Below are positions 9,283 to 19,452 of a DNA stretch of 51,349 nt, piece after piece. The first letter of the stretch is position 1, and each line of letters begins with the position of its first letter. The DNA is taken from sequence record SRR20825006_41; one strand, written 5' to 3'. Under the pieces are notes generated by a model. It saw only the letters and a program-made list of their open reading frames with translations, searched no databases and had not been told where the DNA came from. A program made the position numbers and the translations under genes.

Positions 9283-10395
9283 TTACAAGAGTTTTTTAAG
9301 TTTAGCTTCAAATAAATCTAAGGTATAGTTGCGTGACCAGGCAGATGCTTTTTGCGCCATATCTTTCAGACCCGTTTTATCTTTTAAAAATGCTTCTAAT
9401 TGAGCTGCATCAGATTCAAGCTTGGTCTTGATTAAAATACCACGATTACCGTGATCAAGCATCCACGGTACGCAAGAAATTGGAGTAGCGATAGGAATCA
9501 CACCCCACCACATGGCTTCTGCAATGGCTTTTGGCCAGCCTTCGCTTTTAGAAGGAAGTATCAAAAAATGGCTTTTTTTATAGGCTTCAGCGATCATAGA
9601 AGCCGATTGATTTCCATGAAGAAAAACACTTTTTTCAAGATGGTGCTCCGTGATAAATTCGAGAAGCAATTCCTTCTGAGGGCCATCTCCGTAAAAATGA
9701 AGTTCTGCCGGAAAACCTTTGGAGATGAGTTCGTTTACAAGCGCTAAAGCGTATAAAGGACGCTTACCCGGAACCAAACCACCAACAAATAAAAAACGTA
9801 AAGGCAAATCGTATTTACGCAGTGGAAGCGCTTTCTTATCGTCTTCTGTATAGGTCGCGGTAAAAAAAGGCTTGATATTCTTGCTTTGGTCAAACCAATC
9901 TCCATAAACCAGAACCTGCATATTTCTAGTAAGGAATGTATTGCTTAAAATCCATTTTTGCAGCTTATAACTCCAGGGCTGCTTCGCTTTAGGATCCCAG
10001 TTTCCCGCGTACTTCGCTGTTTTTTTCTTCTTTGGAAAAAATACCTGAACAATGGCACCAAGTAAACCCATATTTCCGGGACAACGCAGATGTATGTGAT
10101 CTGCATCCGACATTGCCTGATAAATTTTCTTAATAATTACCGGCAACACCAAAAGTGCTCGTCCCGCCTGAGCAATACTGGTAATGTCAAACGAAGGGAC
10201 TTTGATCAATTGCAGACGTGTAGCCTTATAAGGCAGATCAATACTTCCCGGATTTTTTGAACTAAACGTACCTACAACCTGAACCTCATCGACATAGCTG
10301 AACCACAGATTCATTTCACGAACATATGGGCCATAAGAGTAGAAATCTCCTTCTTTTTCAAAATGCTCAATATGGGTGATTACAGCAAATTTCAC
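9283..10395 (-). CDS. Glycosyltransferase family 4
   Basis: FLFVGGLVPGKRP, LPSKSEGWPKAIAEAM; GTG start. Confidence 0.88.
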   Translation of the reverse strand: MKFAVITHIEHFEKEGDFYSYGPYVREMNLWFSYVDEVQVVGTFSSKNPGSIDLPYKATRLQLIKVPSFDITSIAQAGRALLVLPVIIKKIYQAMSDADHIHLRCPGNMGLLGAIVQVFFPKKKKTAKYAGNWDPKAKQPWSYKLQKWILSNTFLTRNMQVLVYGDWFDQSKNIKPFFTATYTEDDKKALPLRKYDLPLRFLFVGGLVPGKRPLYALALVNELISKGFPAELHFYGDGPQKELLLEFITEHHLEKSVFLHGNQSASMIAEAYKKSHFLILPSKSEGWPKAIAEAMWWGVIPIATPISCVPWMLDHGNRGILIKTKLESDAAQLEAFLKDKTGLKDMAQKASAWSRNYTLDLFEAKLKKLL

Positions 10396-11384
10396 TGAAG
10401 CTTTGGCTTATTAAATAATAAACTCCACCATCCCGTAACCCTACCGGCAGCTTCATTAAATGCTTCTTTTTTATCTGCAGCTGTAAGCACATTTATAAAT
10501 CGAATGAGAGTAAGTAATAATGCAGTCGCATTCCATTTAAAGCGTGCTTTTAAATTCGGATTTGGATATTTAACACGCCACACATACCAACCATTTCGAA
10601 TCACCATTTTCCCGTATTTATAGAGATCCGGTCTTCCTGAAGGGGCATGAAGGTGTTCCAACCGAGCAGAAGTACACAAAACATTCTTGCCATATTTCAA
10701 GGCTCTAAGACAATAGTCTGCATCTTCATAGAGTCCATATCCGTCAAAATATAAACTGAATTTCTCAGCATCAATTACCTTACGGCGAAAATTCATAGAC
10801 ATCCCGATTAATAAATCAACCTCATAATTTTTGCCGGTTAAGGGATAGCCATAGGTTCTACCATGCGAAAAGTCGGGCATAACTCCTGGAAGATCGGGTG
10901 ATTGTAAGCACAGCTTATTTCGCAGATAAAAACGCTGCGACTCACTGCGTTCAAAGCCTTCAAATACATAAACCTTATCTGTTGAATGCTTCCGGCTTGA
11001 GGGTTTCCAAAGATTTTCGTTTGTAGCAACTCCCCCTACTCCAACTATGTCAATGTCTGAATCAAAAGCTTCTAAAACTGCTTCGAAATAATCTGGCTCA
11101 AGAATCACATCATCATCCAAGAAACATACGATTTCAGACTTTGGATTTAACTTTTCAATCCCAAAATTACGCTGAAGAGTGAGTCCGCGATCTTTTTCCT
11201 CAACCTTAAAATACTTAAGATTCCTAATAGTTTGAGACGAAATACTTTGCTGAGTCTCCAAATCTTTTGAACCATCGATTATTAAAATCTCATACGGATA
11301 GGTAGTTTGAATGGCAACTGAGGCCAAGAGTCTATTTAATGCTTCAGCACGCTGATAGGTACAAACTATTAAAGAAAACATCAT
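10392..11384 (-). CDS. Glycosyltransferase family 2
   Basis: SLIVCTYQR, IIDGS, QRNFGI, FLDDD, LYEDADY; likely start ATG 11384 overlapping upstream stop. Confidence 0.88.
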   Translation of the reverse strand: MMFSLIVCTYQRAEALNRLLASVAIQTTYPYEILIIDGSKDLETQQSISSQTIRNLKYFKVEEKDRGLTLQRNFGIEKLNPKSEIVCFLDDDVILEPDYFEAVLEAFDSDIDIVGVGGVATNENLWKPSSRKHSTDKVYVFEGFERSESQRFYLRNKLCLQSPDLPGVMPDFSHGRTYGYPLTGKNYEVDLLIGMSMNFRRKVIDAEKFSLYFDGYGLYEDADYCLRALKYGKNVLCTSARLEHLHAPSGRPDLYKYGKMVIRNGWYVWRVKYPNPNLKARFKWNATALLLTLIRFINVLTAADKKEAFNEAAGRVTGWWSLLFNKPKLQ

Positions 11385-12922
11385 TTTGTATTCAAAAGTT
11401 TCTCTGCCCAATATAAACTAAACTTCCACCGTTTCTGCATTTGTCGAAAATAGGAAAATGGATTTTTATTCTGCTGCAGGCGGTAGAATTTTAAAAATAA
11501 TAAAGTTTTGTATCCCTTTATCTGAGACGGTGTTGCGTGCTTGAGAATCGATGCTAAAACCGTTGGCGCAGGTTTAGGCGAAAGGTTTTCGCTATGCCAA
11601 GGTTTATTAACTGGCTTTCGAAAACCTCCCACAGGAGCTTTTAAATGTAAAAGCCTTAAGAAAGGGTTATAAAGTATATCAACACCAGATTTACGCAACT
11701 GCATTCCAAAATCGGCATCTTCACCAAAACCATGTTCCAGCGCCAAATCAAAACGTATGTTTTCTAAAGCCGAAGCTTTAATAAAACTGCAGCCCGAACC
11801 AAAAGCTGGCCATTGAATTATTGTTTGTTCCTGCTCCACTTCTCCTATTTGTAAACAACTTACAGTAAAAGCCTGCGGCTTTTCATTCTGTATAAAAGCA
11901 TTTGCGCTACGCAGGAAGTCTTGAGGAATACGCAAATCATCGTCAGCCAAGAAAACCCATTCAGCTTCCACCTGATTTAAAGCCAGGTTGCGTGCATTAC
12001 AAGCACCTGTTTGATTTGTGAAAGTATGTTTAATTTGAAAAGGCCAGTTTCCGCTATGCAAATAAGCAAGTTCTGATTCAGGAGCAATATTTGGATTTTG
12101 CTCAATAATAATTACACATTGAGGCAAAAATGATTGATCAGCCAGGTCTTCTAAAGTTTGCCTTAAAACCTCTTTTCGTCCTAGTGTAGGGATTACAATA
12201 TCAAAGCTTAACATTGATTCCGCCTCACTTCGATTGGCATCACCTATCTCTAAATTAGGAATTTCAGAATAGGAAAGAGATTTATTCAGGTACGTTTTTG
12301 CGAGCTGAATTGGATTTATTTTTCTGCTAAACAATAAACGTTGCAATTCAAATAGCAGCAGCCACTTTTTACCGAGTACAGCTCCAATTGCAGAATAAGT
12401 AGCTTTTGTGCTCTTTGAGAACGAAATACTACTATCATCTGTTCTTTTTATCAGCCGGGGCTCGCTGTAAGCTCTTAAGCCCTTAGCCATTCCTACTCTG
12501 GCCAACACACAAAGAAACAGATCAAAGTTAGCATACATCGGAAGAAAGCTTCTAAAATGATTTAAGGTTTTACAGCTTATGCTACCAACAGATCCACTCA
12601 TCAACCATGTTGGATATTTTACATTGGGTTGAATTCTGAAAAACACACTCTGATCTACATAACCCATTTCTTCCGAAATAACCAAAGATTTATTGGCTGC
12701 GTAACTAAGCATTTCTATAGTATTCGAATGTGCTTTGAAAAAATCAATGTTGAGGTTGCCTTTTAAATCCTGATGCGCCCAAACAAAAAATTCCTCGGGA
12801 AACTTTTCGGCTAAAAGAAAACAAGCGGCACTTACCGCTTGTTTTTGAATATACATATCAAGAGGCTGCCCGTCTTTCAGAATTTCGACGGGATGTTTGT
12901 TATTATGAATTAATAAAATCAA
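11381..12922 (-). CDS. GT2 with ~235 aa N-terminal extension
   Basis: C-terminal IVIPTLGR, GACNARN, FLADDD, GEDADFG; N-terminal half lacks clear motifs. Confidence 0.82.
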   Translation of the reverse strand: MILLIHNNKHPVEILKDGQPLDMYIQKQAVSAACFLLAEKFPEEFFVWAHQDLKGNLNIDFFKAHSNTIEMLSYAANKSLVISEEMGYVDQSVFFRIQPNVKYPTWLMSGSVGSISCKTLNHFRSFLPMYANFDLFLCVLARVGMAKGLRAYSEPRLIKRTDDSSISFSKSTKATYSAIGAVLGKKWLLLFELQRLLFSRKINPIQLAKTYLNKSLSYSEIPNLEIGDANRSEAESMLSFDIVIPTLGRKEVLRQTLEDLADQSFLPQCVIIIEQNPNIAPESELAYLHSGNWPFQIKHTFTNQTGACNARNLALNQVEAEWVFLADDDLRIPQDFLRSANAFIQNEKPQAFTVSCLQIGEVEQEQTIIQWPAFGSGCSFIKASALENIRFDLALEHGFGEDADFGMQLRKSGVDILYNPFLRLLHLKAPVGGFRKPVNKPWHSENLSPKPAPTVLASILKHATPSQIKGYKTLLFLKFYRLQQNKNPFSYFRQMQKRWKFSLYWAEKLLNTK

Positions 12923-12924
12923 GC

Positions 12925-14061
12925 TTAGACTAAACTTTTATAGAATTCTAGATTTTGTTTAACAACTACCTGAGTCGCAAATTTTTCAGAAACCCGTTTT
13001 CGGGCGTTAATCCCCATTCTTTTTCTTAAAGTTTCGGAATCGAGTAGTTGCAAAATTGCATCTGAATATGCCTGATGATCTTTAGGGTCCACGGCATAAC
13101 CAGTCTCTCCGTCGGTCATCACCTCATTTGCCCAACCAATATTAGAAGTGACCAGCGCTTTTTCCATCGCCATAGCTTCGATCCAGGTCATCGGTAAGGC
13201 TTCTGCGAAACTGGGCAAAACAACAACGGAAGCCTTAGCAATTTCTTCCTGAACAGCCTTATAAGAAAGTAGTCCTTTAAACTCAATTTGATTATGAAAT
13301 TTAGACTTTACTACTTCTATAAAAAGTTCCTGAGTTGATCTCCCTGCAAAAACATCTTTCACATCATTTCCTGCAAGAATAAGCCGCGCACTTGAGTTTT
13401 CCTCAAAAACCAAGTTGCAAATTTCAGCCAGTTCTAAAACTCCTTTTTTACGGATGATACTTCCAAAATACAGAATGCTATTGGGATTTTCGGGTATTTC
13501 TACTGGCTTAAACTGATCGCTATCAATCGAATTGGGAATCACTTGTATTTCCTTCTTCAGTCCAAAAATCTCATTGGTCAGTTTGGCAGTAAAAGCACTT
13601 ACCGCAAGAATATGATCGGCTTTTTTAAGCGCTTGGTGTTCAAACCAACGATTTTTAGCTTTTTGTGTGCGCTGCTCCAAATGACAAAAATAGGCATCGG
13701 TCCCATGAAGTCGTATAACCAACGGACATTTAAAATGCATCAAAGCCGTAATTCCGGTCCAGTCAGGTGCCTCAAGAACATTTATTCCCTCTAGAAAAAT
13801 AATTTTATTGATATAACGCTGTAAAAATTTACGATGCAAATACCAACCGGCAAATGTATACTTCCGTTTGGCAATACTGTGAATTTTGATTCCTTGATCT
13901 TCAAATTGCTTATCCTCTGCTTGACTGTAAACAAAAACCGTAACCTGTTCCCTGGAATGAACCAGACTTGAGGCCAAATTTTTGATACTGGTTCCCAAAC
14001 CGCCACTTCGGTTTAAATCGGGATGAGGATATTCTGGAGTTATAAAAGCAATATGCATCAA
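12925..14061 (-). CDS. Glycosyltransferase family 4
   Basis: SGGLGT, RLHG, YFGSIIRKKG, PSFAEALPMTWIEAMA. Confidence 0.9.
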   Translation of the reverse strand: MMHIAFITPEYPHPDLNRSGGLGTSIKNLASSLVHSREQVTVFVYSQAEDKQFEDQGIKIHSIAKRKYTFAGWYLHRKFLQRYINKIIFLEGINVLEAPDWTGITALMHFKCPLVIRLHGTDAYFCHLEQRTQKAKNRWFEHQALKKADHILAVSAFTAKLTNEIFGLKKEIQVIPNSIDSDQFKPVEIPENPNSILYFGSIIRKKGVLELAEICNLVFEENSSARLILAGNDVKDVFAGRSTQELFIEVVKSKFHNQIEFKGLLSYKAVQEEIAKASVVVLPSFAEALPMTWIEAMAMEKALVTSNIGWANEVMTDGETGYAVDPKDHQAYSDAILQLLDSETLRKRMGINARKRVSEKFATQVVVKQNLEFYKSLV

Positions 14062-15149
14062 TCCAATAAATTAATATGTTCGGCAACCATACGGTCTAGT
14101 GAATATTCCTTTTCTATGAGAAGAGAAGTATCCCTTGAAATTTTTCGATCTCCTAAAACTACTCCTTCTAATATTCGGGCAAGAGCTTGTTTGTCTTTTG
14201 GCTTAAATAGAAAACCGTTTATACCTTCATTGATGATCTCAGGGTTTCCACCAACGGTAGTGGTAATTACAGGGACATTAGCTGATAAGCTTTCCAAGAT
14301 AGAAAGGCTAAAACATTCCATATACGTAGGTTGAATCAGGCACTCATAATCTGCTAGAAGTTGTGGTATCTCCGAAGAACTCCCTTTAAAGCTTAGTAGC
14401 CTATCAACCTCTTTGTCTCTGGCCTGTTGCTTTAAGCCTTCTTCCAACGGACCTTGCCCATAAATGGTGATATGCAGACGATTTTTTATAGCTTCTGGCA
14501 AATAGTCTAGAGCATCGATCAGATCCTGAATGCCTTTAGACTCCCTCAGATGCGAAACTACAACGAACTGTATGTTGTCCTCCTGAGCTGAATCTTGACT
14601 ATCTCGCTTTCTAAATACAGAAGTATCAATACCATTATAAATCACTCCTGTTTTTTTTGCCACTACTGGCCCTAGGTCTTTCACAATCTGCTTTGCGGTA
14701 TAACTGCTGACACCGATAAAATGATCGATAGCCTTATGATGTAAATAGCCTTTAAGACGGTTTTTCAACTGCTTTTTAAGCGGAAAACCATTTAAAGGAC
14801 GTGGATTGTGATCTACGGCGATTAAGTTTTTGATCCTTCCGGCGTGTTTGGCTTTTTTGTAAAAAGGTGTACATAACTCGGTAAAATGCGTAACCAGAGT
14901 GGTATAGGTTTTTTCATTTTCCTGAAGGTAATTGAGAAAAAAGGCTTCAACACTTGAATTTCCTTCCGCAGAAAAAACAGTAATACCCTCGTAAAATGTT
15001 TTATCCAAAACATCCGGAAAAAACCAATCTCCCTCATAACCCTTGGCTTTCGCTGCTTTATCATAAGCCACAAAGAAACGGTCCATCCCGCCGATGCGAT
15101 CGGCTCGAAGGACATAATTACAAACTACCGCTAATCTTTTGTTGCTCAT
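14058..15149 (-). CDS. Glycosyltransferase family 4
   Basis: IGGMDR, IYNGID, ECFSLSILESL, TVGGNPE; likely start ATG 15149. Confidence 0.88.
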   Translation of the reverse strand: MSNKRLAVVCNYVLRADRIGGMDRFFVAYDKAAKAKGYEGDWFFPDVLDKTFYEGITVFSAEGNSSVEAFFLNYLQENEKTYTTLVTHFTELCTPFYKKAKHAGRIKNLIAVDHNPRPLNGFPLKKQLKNRLKGYLHHKAIDHFIGVSSYTAKQIVKDLGPVVAKKTGVIYNGIDTSVFRKRDSQDSAQEDNIQFVVVSHLRESKGIQDLIDALDYLPEAIKNRLHITIYGQGPLEEGLKQQARDKEVDRLLSFKGSSSEIPQLLADYECLIQPTYMECFSLSILESLSANVPVITTTVGGNPEIINEGINGFLFKPKDKQALARILEGVVLGDRKISRDTSLLIEKEYSLDRMVAEHINLLD

Positions 15150-16552
15150 ACAGTATTTTTTAAAGCCCGTACACAAGCCTGAGTGGTTTCGTCAAGAGGT
15201 TTTCCCACCTGCATATCGATAAGCTTCCTACGATTTTCCAGATCCAGATTGGGATTACGCAGGTATGCGTTTAAAGCAGTATACAATTCTTCTGAATTTT
15301 TGGCGATTTTAACCGCACCACTTTTAACCACATTGTCATAATGCTCATACTTTAAAAACCGCTGATCGTTGTAAAGTCCGTTAGCACCATTACCAAAGGC
15401 CGTATTGACAACCGGCTTTTCAAACAGCATAAAGTCGAGGCTCATAGTTGAAAGCATATTTACGTTAAGATCACAAAACTTAAGAATTGCTTTAAGCATA
15501 CTCAGGTCTTCGCGTGTAGGTACCCGTTGAGACCAGGGTTCGGGATGCCCTTCCCGGGTGAGTTCCCATTTGGGGTGATTCCATTTGATTTCGGGGTATT
15601 TGGTTTTCGTCTCTCCGAAACGCCGCTCGTCTTCTGCTGGAGAAGTTCGCACCAAAAGTTGACACGAATCGATTGCTCCAGAACGGATACCTTCAGCCAA
15701 GGTCGCGATCACCAGCGGATCGTTAGGGCCAATTGAAGCATCGGCACAACTGTAGCAAATGATTTTCGCTTCGGAATTCAAATCTAAAGTTTTGTAAAAC
15801 TCGCTTTCGGAAAGATCAAACTCGGGCAGCACATAGGGTTCAAACTGAGGCGTACCTACAACTGAAATTACTTTTTCTTTGGTGAACGGGTAAAATCGCA
15901 GCAACTCTTTTTTCATCAAATCACTCCAGACTAAGAAGTAATCAAATGTCGCAGCCATCCTCCCTTTGGAAGCTAAATTGTCCCAACTAAAAATAAACGA
16001 GGTGGTAGGAATTTGAAGCTTTTTTGCCCAGTAAACAAGTGTTGCAATAAACGGTGGGCGCTGATGGGTAAAGAACAAAATATCTGGTTTATAATCCTTT
16101 AAAATTTCGCCATATTTAGCTACAGTCGCATCTCCTGCAAAGCTTTGCTCCTGCAACTTTTCATACTTGAATATATTCTTTTCACTATGAAATACTGAAC
16201 TAACGGCATAAACAAGTCTAACCAAAAGCCCGTGCACACTCCAACTTTTAGCTTTGTTCATTTCATAATTATCCGCAATTCCTGGATTGGATTTGTGCTT
16301 CTGCAGATGAGCTACTTCTTTTAGCTTTCGCCAAAACCAATTCGCTTTAGTTTCTGTAAAAACAGGAAGCTCTACAATGGTGAAAAACGCCGCATCAAGG
16401 TCAGGATATGCCGTAGATGGGAGTCCGGAAAATATAACTACTTTTTCAAAAGACCGGGCAGCTTTGGTCAAGAACGTGCTCAGCACAAAATTGCGAAAGC
16501 CAACACCATCTGTAATGACAATCCCTAAGGTTTTTGAAGATGCTAAAGCCAA
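15146..16552 (-). CDS. Atypical GT-B-like protein (TagF/glycerophosphotransferase-like features); candidate sialyl/nonulosonate transferase
   Basis: FSWDNL, LVWS, VGTPQF, LVRTSP, STMSLDFMLFEKPVVN; directly downstream of neuC. Function inferred. Confidence 0.5.
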   Translation of the reverse strand: MALASSKTLGIVITDGVGFRNFVLSTFLTKAARSFEKVVIFSGLPSTAYPDLDAAFFTIVELPVFTETKANWFWRKLKEVAHLQKHKSNPGIADNYEMNKAKSWSVHGLLVRLVYAVSSVFHSEKNIFKYEKLQEQSFAGDATVAKYGEILKDYKPDILFFTHQRPPFIATLVYWAKKLQIPTTSFIFSWDNLASKGRMAATFDYFLVWSDLMKKELLRFYPFTKEKVISVVGTPQFEPYVLPEFDLSESEFYKTLDLNSEAKIICYSCADASIGPNDPLVIATLAEGIRSGAIDSCQLLVRTSPAEDERRFGETKTKYPEIKWNHPKWELTREGHPEPWSQRVPTREDLSMLKAILKFCDLNVNMLSTMSLDFMLFEKPVVNTAFGNGANGLYNDQRFLKYEHYDNVVKSGAVKIAKNSEELYTALNAYLRNPNLDLENRRKLIDMQVGKPLDETTQACVRALKNTV

Positions 16553-16611
16553 GGTTTTAAATTCAAAATTAGAAGTTTAAAAAGCATTTTTTCGTATTTC
16601 GTATTTCTACA

Positions 16612-17736
16612 TTAAAGATCCCGAAACTGCTTCTGATGATCTATTTGCCAAAAAGCTTCGGTTTTAAGGGCTTCCAAAAATTCGGATGCAGCTGTTTTGG
16701 TACTTTTTGTCCCTTTTGGTTTGACCTTTAATGCTTTCGCGGAAGCGATACCCTTTAAAATAGCTGCTGTAGCATTATCCACGTGAATGATGCTGTTAGT
16801 TTGTAAGTCCCTATTTTCCTGTCGCCTGCCCACATTTACCGTTGGAATACCCAGATAGGGAGCCTCATGAATACCGGCACTGCTGTTTCCTATTAAGAAC
16901 GTCGCGTTTTTGAGCAAGGTTATGAAATACTCAAACCGCAAGGACGGAAAAAGCCGGAATCGAGGATGCTCTTCAAATTGGCGATACGCTTTTAATATAG
17001 CGGAAGAACCTAGGTCATTATTGGGGTAAATCACCACATAATTTTGATCATCTTCCAATAGCGCCTGTATAAAATCATCTGCGTGCTTGGCAGTTTCCTG
17101 ATGGGCTGTGGTTACGGAATGAAATAAAACTACCGCATAGCTTTCAAACGGAATGTTGTAATACGTTTTTATGGTTTCGAGATTGGGTAAGGTCTTACTG
17201 AATAACACATCTAAATCAGCCGAACCAATATTGAATATACTGCTCTCGAGTTCGCCCATTTGGAGCAAGCGTTTAGCTGCCATCTCGTGAGATACAAAAT
17301 GAATATGGCTCAATTTACTCACCGAATGCCTAATGAGTTCGTCAACCGTTCCTGAAAGCTCGCCTCCTTCGATGTGACCAACTAGAATATTATTCAATGA
17401 ACCCACGATTGCACCGGCCAGGGCTTCAACCCGATCACCGTGAACAATTATTAAATCAGGCTTAACTCTTTTAACAAAGGCTGAAAAACCCTCGATAGTC
17501 TTAGCCAAAGTAAGGTCCATCGTAGCTTCTGAGGTATGATTGGGAAAGCGGTGAATGTTATGCAAACCGGCCTTTTCGATCTCAATAACGGTAAGTCCAT
17601 ACTGCTCAAGCAAATGCATTCCGGTTGCAAAAATCTCATATTCAAAGTCAGTTGAATCATGAATTGCCTGAATAAGTGATTTCAGTTTCCCAAAATCTGC
17701 ACGAGTACCGGTAAGAAAGGCTATTTTTTTAATCAC
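16612..17736 (-). CDS. neuC: UDP-GlcNAc 2-epimerase (hydrolysing)
   Basis: [58 protein letters not shown]. Confidence 0.95.
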   Translation of the reverse strand: MIKKIAFLTGTRADFGKLKSLIQAIHDSTDFEYEIFATGMHLLEQYGLTVIEIEKAGLHNIHRFPNHTSEATMDLTLAKTIEGFSAFVKRVKPDLIIVHGDRVEALAGAIVGSLNNILVGHIEGGELSGTVDELIRHSVSKLSHIHFVSHEMAAKRLLQMGELESSIFNIGSADLDVLFSKTLPNLETIKTYYNIPFESYAVVLFHSVTTAHQETAKHADDFIQALLEDDQNYVVIYPNNDLGSSAILKAYRQFEEHPRFRLFPSLRFEYFITLLKNATFLIGNSSAGIHEAPYLGIPTVNVGRRQENRDLQTNSIIHVDNATAAILKGIASAKALKVKPKGTKSTKTAASEFLEALKTEAFWQIDHQKQFRDL

Positions 17737-18773
17737 AGCACGTCACTTGCTTTCAACTGTTCATCTTCAGCAATAGTTCTTGCTGCCTTTTTTCCTAAAA
17801 TATCCTCAAACTGTTCAGCTAAAATTTCCCCGGTTCCGGGACGCTTTACCCAAATATTTTTTTCAGTAAAAATCTCACCTTCTTGAATGGGTGCAATGGT
17901 ACACACGGTTGCAAACGCAAAATCTATGGTTACCTGCTCTTCCTTAGCCGGAGCTTTTTCACCCCCGCGCATCATCCAGATTTCCTTACTCGACTGAATG
18001 AGTTCAGCGCAGGCTTCTTCATCCATACTGCAGACAATGTCCGGTCCGGTTCGCTGCATATGATCGGTAAAATGCCGCTCTAAAATAGAAGCTCCCAAAG
18101 CTACTGCTCCCAAACAGGCATTATTGTTCAAGGTATGATCTGATAAGCCAAAAGGCACATCTGGAAAGGCTTGGTGTAATTGACTCATCGCACCCAAACG
18201 CACTAAATGAGTAGGTGTTGGATATAAATTGGTGGTGTGCAGCAAAGCGAAAGGTGTCTTGGCGTCCTTAAAAATTTGCACAGCTTTAGAAACACTATCA
18301 AGTGTATTCATCCCGGTGCTGAGAATAACCGGTTTACCAAAACCTGAGATATGCTTAAGTAAGGGGTAATTATTGCATTCCCCAGAACCGATTTTATAGG
18401 CCGAAACATTCATCTTATTTAGACGATTTGCGGCTGCACGCGAAAAAGGAGTTGAGATAAATAGCATTCCTTTTTCCTCTACATAGTTCTTCAGAGCAAC
18501 TTCACCCGCTTCATCAAGTGCGCAACGCTTCATAATCTCATAAATTGAAACATCTGCATTTCCCGGAATCACTTTCTTAGCTGCACCGCTCATTTCATCT
18601 TCTACAATATGTGTCTGGTGCTTTACAACCTCAGCTCCTGCACGATGGGCTGCATCAACTAGTTCTTTAGCCACTTCTAGAGATCCTTCATGGTTAATAC
18701 CAATCTCTGCGATCACTAAGGGTGGATAATCGGGTCCTATCTTTCGATTTTCAATTTGGATGTATGGGTTCAA
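17733..18773 (-). CDS. neuB: N-acetylneuraminate synthase
   Basis: [46 protein letters not shown]-terminal SAF-like domain with KRPG. Confidence 0.96.
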   Translation of the reverse strand: MNPYIQIENRKIGPDYPPLVIAEIGINHEGSLEVAKELVDAAHRAGAEVVKHQTHIVEDEMSGAAKKVIPGNADVSIYEIMKRCALDEAGEVALKNYVEEKGMLFISTPFSRAAANRLNKMNVSAYKIGSGECNNYPLLKHISGFGKPVILSTGMNTLDSVSKAVQIFKDAKTPFALLHTTNLYPTPTHLVRLGAMSQLHQAFPDVPFGLSDHTLNNNACLGAVALGASILERHFTDHMQRTGPDIVCSMDEEACAELIQSSKEIWMMRGGEKAPAKEEQVTIDFAFATVCTIAPIQEGEIFTEKNIWVKRPGTGEILAEQFEDILGKKAARTIAEDEQLKASDVL

Positions 18774-18789
18774 AAGTCTGTATTTAGTC

Positions 18790-19452
18790 TTAATTAGTAT
18801 AATGCTTCAAATACAACTCAGCCTTTTTAAAATCAGCTTCTGTATCAATGTCGATTTCGGCAAAAGGATGATCCACAATCAAAGGATAGTTTTTTGCTCC
18901 AAGAAGCTTTCCTTGATTTAATAGTTCCGTTTTAAAAATATAGAGCAAACCATTCTCATAAAATAAAGGCTCAAGATCCTGACTGCGCTGCCCCATTTGA
19001 TAATTATATGGGATAAACTGATGATTAGAAATGGTTCCCAATTTATGTTCGTTTCGGGAAACGGTCATAAGGCTATCACAATCCTCTTGTTCAAAAATGC
19101 TTATAGCCTCCTTAAGAAGATCTTCTGGTCTCAACGGATTTGTGGGCTGCAGTAAAATAACCGCATCATATTTTTTTTTCAGTTGATTTACTGCGTGTTG
19201 CAAAGCGGTTAAAACAGATTCTTCATTACCTGCTAAGGCATCTGGTCTTTTAATAACTTGAACACCTACTTCTTTTGCATATTCAAGAACACGTGCATCA
19301 TTAGAAGTTACTACCATATTACTAAAACCATTATCTTGGGCGTATGCTAAACTATGCCCCACCAACGGTTTATCTCCTAATTGCCGCATATTTTTTCCGG
19401 GAAGGCGTTGCGAACCAGCACGGGCTGGGATTAAAACTAAGTAGTTTTTCAT
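18790..19452 (-). CDS. neuA: CMP-N-acetylneuraminate synthetase
   Basis: [38 protein letters not shown]. Confidence 0.93.
   Translation of the reverse strand: MKNYLVLIPARAGSQRLPGKNMRQLGDKPLVGHSLAYAQDNGFSNMVVTSNDARVLEYAKEVGVQVIKRPDALAGNEESVLTALQHAVNQLKKKYDAVILLQPTNPLRPEDLLKEAISIFEQEDCDSLMTVSRNEHKLGTISNHQFIPYNYQMGQRSQDLEPLFYENGLLYIFKTELLNQGKLLGAKNYPLIVDHPFAEIDIDTEADFKKAELYLKHYTN

Noticed and set aside
19171-19179. A9 tract in neuA (also A/T8-9 tracts near 24093, 25059, 29050, 31244, 32714) as phase-variation switches
   Set aside because: All the genes are in frame, and such tracts are expected in AT-rich, Lys/Phe-rich coding DNA; no long G/C tracts or SSRs seen
16612-19452. Legionaminic or pseudaminic acid pathway
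   Set aside because: No dehydratase, aminotransferase or N-acetyltransferase set in the locus, and the NeuB sequence is of the Neu5Ac type; unlinked genes cannot be excluded
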